A stretch of 64,000 nucleotides of DNA, from assembly GCA_902773925.1 (NCBI GenBank), contig CACYGI010000002.1, positions 160,990 through 224,989 of the forward strand, read 5' to 3'. The notes beneath the pieces were generated by a model. The model did no database searches and was not told where the DNA came from. It saw only the letters and a program-made list of their open reading frames with translations. Below are positions 8,864 to 15,283 of this stretch, in pieces; within the stretch, counting starts at the first letter, position 1, and the number at the start of each line of letters is the position of its first letter. A program made the position numbers and the translations under genes. The DNA comes from an uncultured Bacteroidia bacterium. Lineage in GTDB: Bacteria; Bacteroidota; Bacteroidia; Bacteroidales; UBA932.

Positions 8864-10453
8864 TCATTCGTTGCTGGTAGAGGTGATACCCTTGTTGTAG
8901 TCAGTCTCGTTGCGGGGTATGATCCAGGTCCAGTTGTTTTTCTCGTTAGGCCCGAAAGTGACGGCGTAGGAGCTCATCCAGTTGCCGCCCTCAGCATAGG
9001 TCTGACGCGAGATGCTGTCACCCCAGCGCTTGAGGTCGAACCAGTTGAAGCCTTCGGCCCAGAGTTCGATGCCGCGATAGAGCTTGATCTGCTCCAGGAG
9101 CTCCTCACCTTCTGCGGTGCAGGTGTATGCCGGATCACGCAGCGAGGTCGCGTTGAGCTCGACCAGGAGGTCCCGCGCCTCTTCCTCCTTCTGCAGACGA
9201 TACTGAGCCTCGGCTTCGATGAGCAGCATTTCCGAAGAGCGCATCAGGCAGAGGTTGCCGATACCGGGCTGGATGTTGTTGCTGATCTTGAAGTTCATAT
9301 AGGCGAAGATGCAGTGTGTGGAAAGAAGCTCGTGACCGCGCTGTACTGCATAGTTCTGGCCATACACCCAGAGGCTGTTACCGGAGTTCTGCTTGTTTGC
9401 CTTCATCGTATTGGTGTTGAAGGTGCCTTCGTAGCCTGCGGGATCCAGCCAGAATGCACGGCGGATATCGGTCGCCGGAATCTGGTCGAACAGATGGCGG
9501 CTGATCAGGAGCGGATAGTTGCGGGTCGTGCTCGTCTGCGCGTTGTAGGCAGCGTAGCAGAAGTAGTCGTAGAAGTAGAGGGTCTCATCCTCCGCGCCGT
9601 AGATGTACCATATCCATTCGTCGTTAGGGTTGCTGAAACCTTTAAGCTCGTCCTCCACGCTCATCAGGGGATACTTTTCGTGAAGCATCTGTGAATACTT
9701 CAGAGCGTTAGCCCAGTCCTCGCGGGTGAGGGCCGCGCGTGCATAGACGCCGTACGCCACGTCGAGGTCCACGATGTGGTTGGACTTGCGGCTGTTGGCC
9801 TTGCCGGAAGCGTTGAAGAGCCCGATGGCATCGTCGAGGTCCTTATAGACCTGAGCGTAAACCTGAGCTGCGGTGGAACGGTCGAGGTTGTCGGGTTCGT
9901 CACCGGTAAGGCGAAGGACACAGGAGGGCTTGTCCGGGCCGTCAGACCAGCGGCGGCCGTAGATCTGGACGAGGTTGAAGTATGCGTAAGCGCGGTATGT
10001 CAGGGCCTGGGCCTTGAGGTATGCGCGCTCCGCTTCAGTACCCTCGGCATCGTCGATAGTCTTGATGATTGCGTTGGCGTTGCCGATCAGCATATAGTAG
10101 TAGTACCACGCATAAGAGTCGAGATTACGGGTATTGTTAAGGAACATGTTACCCGTCGCATCGCTCTGGAAGCCGGTTGAGTTACCCTTCATCAGGTTGT
10201 TGCCGAGGTACTCGCCGTAATAGAGGCGGACGGTACCTTCACCGTTGTAGCCCTGTCCGTATGCGCCGTACTGGCGGTGCATCAGCTTGCCGAGGCCGTT
10301 GACGGCCACGGCTGCAGCGTCGGTCGTCCCGAGGATAATGTCCGGCGAGGTGCTGCTGGTCGGATAGGTATCCAGATAGTCCTTTGAGCAGCCGAAAGAG
10401 ACGATAACTGCAAGGGCAAGTGCTATGATTGAAAATCTTTTCATATTCGTCAT
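8864..10453 (-). CDS. SusD/RagB family nutrient-binding outer membrane lipoprotein (copy 1)
   Basis: Lipoprotein signal ...VSFGCSKDYLD. Motifs LIGNANAIIK, RAYAYFNLVQIYG, IELWAEGFNWFDLKRWG. Sits 13 nt downstream of susC1. Confidence 0.92.
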   Translation of the reverse strand: MTNMKRFSIIALALAVIVSFGCSKDYLDTYPTSSTSPDIILGTTDAAAVAVNGLGKLMHRQYGAYGQGYNGEGTVRLYYGEYLGNNLMKGNSTGFQSDATGNMFLNNTRNLDSYAWYYYYMLIGNANAIIKTIDDAEGTEAERAYLKAQALTYRAYAYFNLVQIYGRRWSDGPDKPSCVLRLTGDEPDNLDRSTAAQVYAQVYKDLDDAIGLFNASGKANSRKSNHIVDLDVAYGVYARAALTREDWANALKYSQMLHEKYPLMSVEDELKGFSNPNDEWIWYIYGAEDETLYFYDYFCYAAYNAQTSTTRNYPLLISRHLFDQIPATDIRRAFWLDPAGYEGTFNTNTMKANKQNSGNSLWVYGQNYAVQRGHELLSTHCIFAYMNFKISNNIQPGIGNLCLMRSSEMLLIEAEAQYRLQKEEEARDLLVELNATSLRDPAYTCTAEGEELLEQIKLYRGIELWAEGFNWFDLKRWGDSISRQTYAEGGNWMSSYAVTFGPNEKNNWTWIIPRNETDYNKGITSTSNE

Positions 10454-10466
10454 ATTTTAGCTTGCA

Positions 10467-13400
10467 TTAAAGATTGACCTTTACGCCGACAGTAGCGACG
10501 CGCGGAATATTGACATAAGAACCGTAGATAAGTCCGCTCCAGGCCTGCTGGGGGTTCATACCCTTCTTTGCAGTGAAGGACCAGAGGTTATCAACGGATG
10601 CGCTGAGTACCAGACCATTCAGTCCCACTCTGCTAATCGTCCGTCTGGGGAAGGTATAAGCGAAGTTGACGTTCTTGATGGTCAGGTAGTTGCCGCTTAC
10701 AAGGAAACGGGTCGAAGTAGCGTTGCTGTAGGTGTTGTAGAATCCGTCGATACGAGGGGTGCCGGTCGGGTCGATACGGTTGGGCGAATCGGCAGTCATA
10801 CCTGCGGGAGCCTCGCTCCAGGAGTTGAGGAGGTCGATGTGATAAGCGTGGGGCCCCACTCCGACGGACATCAGGTCCTGATATGCATAGTCGAGGCACT
10901 TGCTGCCAAGGGCATAGGAGAACAGTGCGGAGAGGGTGAAGTTCTTGACGCGGAGGGAGGTATTGAAGTTACCGTAAACCTTCGGAAGAGAACTGCCACC
11001 CCAGTCACGCTTGGCGTAGGTAGTGTGAGTGACATACTCCTTGCCGTCGATTACGACACGGTATTCCTCGGGGACTATGGTCTTTTCGACCTCGTCGAAG
11101 CTGGAGCTGACATCGTGGGTCTCCTCGTACTTTTGCTGATTCCAGACCTTGCCCATCTTGTTCTCGTCCAGGATGTAATAATTATCATCGTCGATAGCGT
11201 AAAGAGCGAGACCGGTCAGCTGATCGACACCCACGAACTTGTAGAGATGCCAGTCATAGATGCCGTGGCCCTCAGCCCAGAGCTTGGTGCCGCTGCGCAT
11301 AGCGTTCTGCAGGCCGTCATAGTTGTAGATGTCGGCATCGGGGAGCTTGAGGATGGTGTTCTTCATCCAGGTAGCGTTGACACCGAAATTCCAGGTAACC
11401 TCGCGGGTCTTGATGATGTCCACGTCGATGCTTGTCTCGACACCGATGTTGCGAACCGAACCGATGTTCTTGGTGGTAGCGGTGGTGACGCTGCTGCCGG
11501 AGATACCGCCGACGGAGGTCGGGTGCTCGACATCGAAGAGCAGGTCGTGGGTGGTCTTGTTGAAGAACTCGAAAGTAAAGTTCAGGCGGTCGAACATACG
11601 GCCTTCGATAGCCGTGCTGAAAGAGTTCTCCGCCTCCCAGACGAGGTCAGGAGCTTCGTTCTGAGTCTTGTAGGAAGCTGCACTTCCGCCGTACTTGGAG
11701 CCGAGTCCGTAGAGGGCCATGTAACCATAGTAACCGACGGAAGCGTCGTTACCGACCTGACCGTATGATGCGCGGATGCGCAGATTATCTATCCAGGAGA
11801 CGTTCTTCATGAACTCTTCCTTGCTGATGACCCAGGTTGCACCCGCGGACCAGAAGTTACCCCAGCGGTAATCCCTGTGGAAACGTGAGGAACCGTCGCG
11901 GCGGAAACTTCCCTCGAGGAAGTACTTGTTAATGTAGTCGTATTTGACGCGTGAAAGATAACTCTCGAGGCGGTAGCCGCTCTGGTAACCTTCCATCGAA
12001 GTCATGGAATTGAGATTGTCGAGCTCTATACCGCCCGGCAGGGTCTGGTCCTGCTTGTAGAGGTAGGTGTACTCATACTGGTAGTAGTAGTTCTCGTGGC
12101 CTGCGAGGGCTTCCAGGGTATGGTCGCCGAACTCGCGATGCCAGTTGAGCAGTTGCTGGAACGTATAGTTCGTGTAGAGGTAGTCGGTACGGCTGGTACG
12201 GCCGTTTGCGCCGCGGCCGTCACCGATGATTGCGTTGTTGTAGGTACGGGTCTTGTCAGTGCGAAGGCCGAGGTCGCCCTTGATCGAGAAGGTGAAGTCC
12301 TTCAGGAAGGTGATGTCTGCATAAGCCTGTGCATTGGTGGTGACGCGCTGGTTGTAGCGGGTATCAAGCTGTGCCTCCCAGATGGCGCAACGGGCATTGT
12401 ACTGGGGTCGGCCGTAGAGTTCGCCGACATCGTACTGCTTCTGGCCGTTATCGTCGAGCATATAGGTGCCGTCCGGGTTGTGCATGAAGACCGGATAGAT
12501 AGGAGCCATCACGTGTGCCTGATACAGAGGGTTGGCAAATGTGGTGCTGCCGGTACTGCGGTAATTCCGGCCCTGCCAGGATGCGCTGATGTTGGCGCCG
12601 GCCTTCAGCCACTTCAGGGGAGAGATGCTGACGTTTGCGCGGCCGCTCCAGCGGAAGAAGTCCGAATTGATGGTCTGGCCTTCCTCGTCGAGGTAGCCAA
12701 GTGAGAAATAGTAGTTGCTTTTGCTGGACGCTCCGCTTCCGCTCACGTTGTAGTCCTGACGGTAACCGATGCGCATCGCGTGAGCCCACCAGTCGAGATC
12801 GTCATAACCGCTGCGGATGTTGGCTGCATAGTTGAACTTGCCGTCTGCGTCGAAGAGCGCCTCGGTGGGAACGTCAAAGATGTTGTACTCACCGATGTAG
12901 GTAAGGATATTGGTGCGGACGTCCTCTATGGCCTGTTCCCTGGTCATGCCGGCGCTGCTCATCAGGTTGTTCATATAACCCGTGAAGAATACCTGCATGA
13001 AGTCCTTTGCATCGACCTTGTCGTACTCGGGGAGTGCGCGGGTATAGATACCCTGGTTGATGCTAAGGGAGAGTCCGGCCCTGTCGCTCTTGCCGCGCTT
13101 GGTGGTGATGAGGATGACGCCGTTGGATGCGCGGTTGCCGTAGAGGGCTGCGGAGGTCGCATCCTTCAGGACGGTAAGGCTTTCGATATCGTTGGGGTTG
13201 ATATCACGCATGTTGCCGCCCATCGGAACACCATCGACGACATACAGGGGAGAGTTGTCACCGGTAACCGAACCGATACCGCGGATGCGGAGGCCGGCAC
13301 TGTCGCCAGGGTCACCGCCGGGAATGGCGAGGACACCGGTAACGGTACCGTCGAGTGCTGTCGAGACGTTGCTGATGGGGCGTTTTTCGATGGCGTCGCT

Positions 13401-13781
13401 ACGGACCGTGCTGATAGCGCCGGTCACGGACTCACGCCTTGCCACACCGTATGCCACGACGATCGTCTCTTCGAGCATCTCGGAACCCGGGGCGAGGATG
13501 ACATTAATGATTGTGCGCCCCTCGACTGCAACCTCCTGGGTCGTGTAACCTACGGAGCTGACGACGAGGGTGGCATTCTTTGCTACTGCAAGGGTATAAT
13601 TACCGTCAATGTCGGTAGCGACACCTATTGAAGTACCCTTGACGACGACGGATGCGAACGGAACTGGATCACCCGTAGCGCCATCCGTGACAATACCTTT
13701 TACCGTGATGTCCTGTGCGAACGCCGTGTTTCCGAAGAACATCGTGGCAAGTAATGCCAGAATAAGTCCTGATTTCTTCAT
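10467..13781 (-). CDS. SusC/RagA family TonB-linked outer membrane protein (copy 1)
   Basis: 1104 aa. Carboxypeptidase-regulatory-like N-domain (ITVKGIVTDGATGDPVPFASVVVKG...TDIDGNYTL). Plug (SLTVLKDATSAALYGNRASNGVILITTKRGK). Long barrel. Confidence 0.95.
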   Translation of the reverse strand: MKKSGLILALLATMFFGNTAFAQDITVKGIVTDGATGDPVPFASVVVKGTSIGVATDIDGNYTLAVAKNATLVVSSVGYTTQEVAVEGRTIINVILAPGSEMLEETIVVAYGVARRESVTGAISTVRSDAIEKRPISNVSTALDGTVTGVLAIPGGDPGDSAGLRIRGIGSVTGDNSPLYVVDGVPMGGNMRDINPNDIESLTVLKDATSAALYGNRASNGVILITTKRGKSDRAGLSLSINQGIYTRALPEYDKVDAKDFMQVFFTGYMNNLMSSAGMTREQAIEDVRTNILTYIGEYNIFDVPTEALFDADGKFNYAANIRSGYDDLDWWAHAMRIGYRQDYNVSGSGASSKSNYYFSLGYLDEEGQTINSDFFRWSGRANVSISPLKWLKAGANISASWQGRNYRSTGSTTFANPLYQAHVMAPIYPVFMHNPDGTYMLDDNGQKQYDVGELYGRPQYNARCAIWEAQLDTRYNQRVTTNAQAYADITFLKDFTFSIKGDLGLRTDKTRTYNNAIIGDGRGANGRTSRTDYLYTNYTFQQLLNWHREFGDHTLEALAGHENYYYQYEYTYLYKQDQTLPGGIELDNLNSMTSMEGYQSGYRLESYLSRVKYDYINKYFLEGSFRRDGSSRFHRDYRWGNFWSAGATWVISKEEFMKNVSWIDNLRIRASYGQVGNDASVGYYGYMALYGLGSKYGGSAASYKTQNEAPDLVWEAENSFSTAIEGRMFDRLNFTFEFFNKTTHDLLFDVEHPTSVGGISGSSVTTATTKNIGSVRNIGVETSIDVDIIKTREVTWNFGVNATWMKNTILKLPDADIYNYDGLQNAMRSGTKLWAEGHGIYDWHLYKFVGVDQLTGLALYAIDDDNYYILDENKMGKVWNQQKYEETHDVSSSFDEVEKTIVPEEYRVVIDGKEYVTHTTYAKRDWGGSSLPKVYGNFNTSLRVKNFTLSALFSYALGSKCLDYAYQDLMSVGVGPHAYHIDLLNSWSEAPAGMTADSPNRIDPTGTPRIDGFYNTYSNATSTRFLVSGNYLTIKNVNFAYTFPRRTISRVGLNGLVLSASVDNLWSFTAKKGMNPQQAWSGLIYGSYVNIPRVATVGVKVNL

Positions 13782-13795
13782 AAGATGATTTTTGG

Positions 13796-14974
13796 TTAAT
13801 GGGAAAATTTATTGATGGGTGTAAGGATACTTTTGATATATTTGGCGTCAATTTTTGAAATTTCCTTTTTCTGCTCTTTGTTACTATTCTCTTTAACATT
13901 CCGGGCAAGCCTATTCTCCGAAACAACCTTTACTGACCCTGAGAACCCAGCTTTGTGATAAAAGTTAGGGTTTGTAACCGAACCGTTGCGGCCAACGGTC
14001 CAGGACTCGAAAATACCCATCAGATTGTCTTTGCTGGAGCAGCAGATATAGCGCCTGAAAGCCATGGCGCTGCGATGTCCGCTGATCGAGCGGATCTGCA
14101 TTTCGGTCAGCCTGCCTTCGAGATAGAGGTTGGTGATGAAGCTGCGGCGCGCAGTGTGCGAGGAGACGAGGTTGCACTTCGGCGCGATGCTGGTGACCTG
14201 CCGCCCGCCGATGCGCTCTTCTATTTTGACCGTCTCGCCGATGCCGGCCATACGGCAAATCAACTTGATATCGTGGTTGAGGGACGAGGCCTTCACCGCA
14301 GGAAGCCTCCCGTTCCAACGGGCGAGGATTTGCATTACCTCCGGATATAATATAGGTATATATACTTCCGCGCCTGTCTTTTTCTGCCGCAGGCGGAATG
14401 CGAACCGCAGCTGCCCGTTCACCTTGAAAGAAAGGATATCCTCGGATGAGAGGCGGCAGTAGTCGGAAAACCGCTGCCCGGTCCAGCATCCGACCAGGAA
14501 AACATCCCGCGAGCGGACGAGCCCGCTGCCGGGCGGCAGTTCCAGCGAAGCTATGCGAAGAATCTCATCTTCATTGAGATACACCTTCTTCGCTTCGGTT
14601 ATTTCCTTGACCGTAACCGAATAATCCTGCAGGCCGCGAAGCGGACTTTCCAGAATTCCGTCGCGGTAGGCCGCACTCATAGCGGCCTTGAACAGGGCGA
14701 CGATCAGCGAACGCGTGCTGTCCCGGTACCGGCGCGTATCACAATAATTCAGCAAATTGTTGAGATCCTCGAGGCGAAGAGCCGAAATTTTTTTTTCTTT
14801 TTTCACGGTCGAGCAGTAGTCGCCCCAGAGGCGGCCGAACTTCTCCCAGGAAGCAATCGCACTTTCAGAATAGGGGTAACCCCTGAAGAGAAGGCGTTGC
14901 TCTTTCATCGCCGTGATTCGTCTTTCAATAAAAAGAGAGAGGGTCAATCCCTTTTTTTTGTAAAATAATTTCAT
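13796..14974 (-). CDS. tyrosine site-specific recombinase (integrase family)
   Basis: Catalytic signature present: CWTGQRFSD (Arg I), HTARRSF (HxxR), GHRSAMAFRRY (His/Tyr). An AT-rich ~75-aa extension follows the catalytic Tyr. An alternative ATG is at 14908. Confidence 0.9.
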   Translation of the reverse strand: MKLFYKKKGLTLSLFIERRITAMKEQRLLFRGYPYSESAIASWEKFGRLWGDYCSTVKKEKKISALRLEDLNNLLNYCDTRRYRDSTRSLIVALFKAAMSAAYRDGILESPLRGLQDYSVTVKEITEAKKVYLNEDEILRIASLELPPGSGLVRSRDVFLVGCWTGQRFSDYCRLSSEDILSFKVNGQLRFAFRLRQKKTGAEVYIPILYPEVMQILARWNGRLPAVKASSLNHDIKLICRMAGIGETVKIEERIGGRQVTSIAPKCNLVSSHTARRSFITNLYLEGRLTEMQIRSISGHRSAMAFRRYICCSSKDNLMGIFESWTVGRNGSVTNPNFYHKAGFSGSVKVVSENRLARNVKENSNKEQKKEISKIDAKYIKSILTPINKFSH

Positions 14975-15248
14975 GGCTTTTCAAAGAAAAATAGTATTTC
15001 AAAAGAAAAATATCTATATTTGTAGTTAATCATAACTAGGCTAGGTATGCCGTGTGCATCCCTGGCGGTTGGGATTTTTATTTTGGTTTAACGTTATTAA
15101 TAATAATACATAGCAGGTTTGCCGCAACGACAAAACAGCAGCAGTTACAAACCCTAACGCGCAGAAAGCGCGATAAGACGTATCGAGAAGTACCGTTCCG
15201 GTAACAACTTGCTACAAAGAGCGTTCCAGACTTAGAAGAGACACTAGA
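13817..15248. other. unique central segment between the inverted arms (recombinase plus promoter region); putative invertible module
   Basis: No homology between the two sides here. Visibly lower GC than the flanks, especially 13796-13960 and 14975-15120. Confidence 0.6.
15015..15022 (+). promoter_or_regulatory. canonical Bacteroidetes -7 box (TATATTTG) facing susC2
   Basis: Exact TAnnTTTG match in AT-rich context, ~260 nt upstream of the susC2 ATG. No equivalent motif lies upstream of susC1. Confidence 0.55.
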
Positions 15249-15283
15249 ATCAACCTATATTCCTATTAACCAAAAGTCATCTT

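Larger units (their letters stand above)
8807..13816. repeat. left arm of a ~5.0 kb inverted repeat (susC1-susD1 cassette plus leader and terminator)
   Basis: Collinear with the reverse complement of 15249-20264. Homology starts 35 nt upstream of the susC ATG (atcaa...attaaccaaaa.tcatcttATG) and ends just past the susD terminator T-tract. Confidence 0.9.

Noticed and set aside
13965-14489. 174-aa ORF in another frame of the minus strand, and 13955-14350 / 14130-14462 on plus, inside the recombinase gene.
   Set aside because: They are embedded in or antisense to a recombinase ORF with a complete catalytic signature. No independent support.
15000-15085. Imperfect AT-rich inverted repeat (caaaagaaaaata at 15000-15012 vs gatttttattttg at 15073-15085; 11 of 13 complementary) flanking the -7 box. 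It might indicate a small independently invertible promoter.
   Set aside because: Low-complexity A/T sequence, so the match is likely chance. The ~60-nt enclosed segment is much shorter than the invertible promoters I know of in Bacteroides. The 5 kb arms give a far better explanation for a recombinase substrate.
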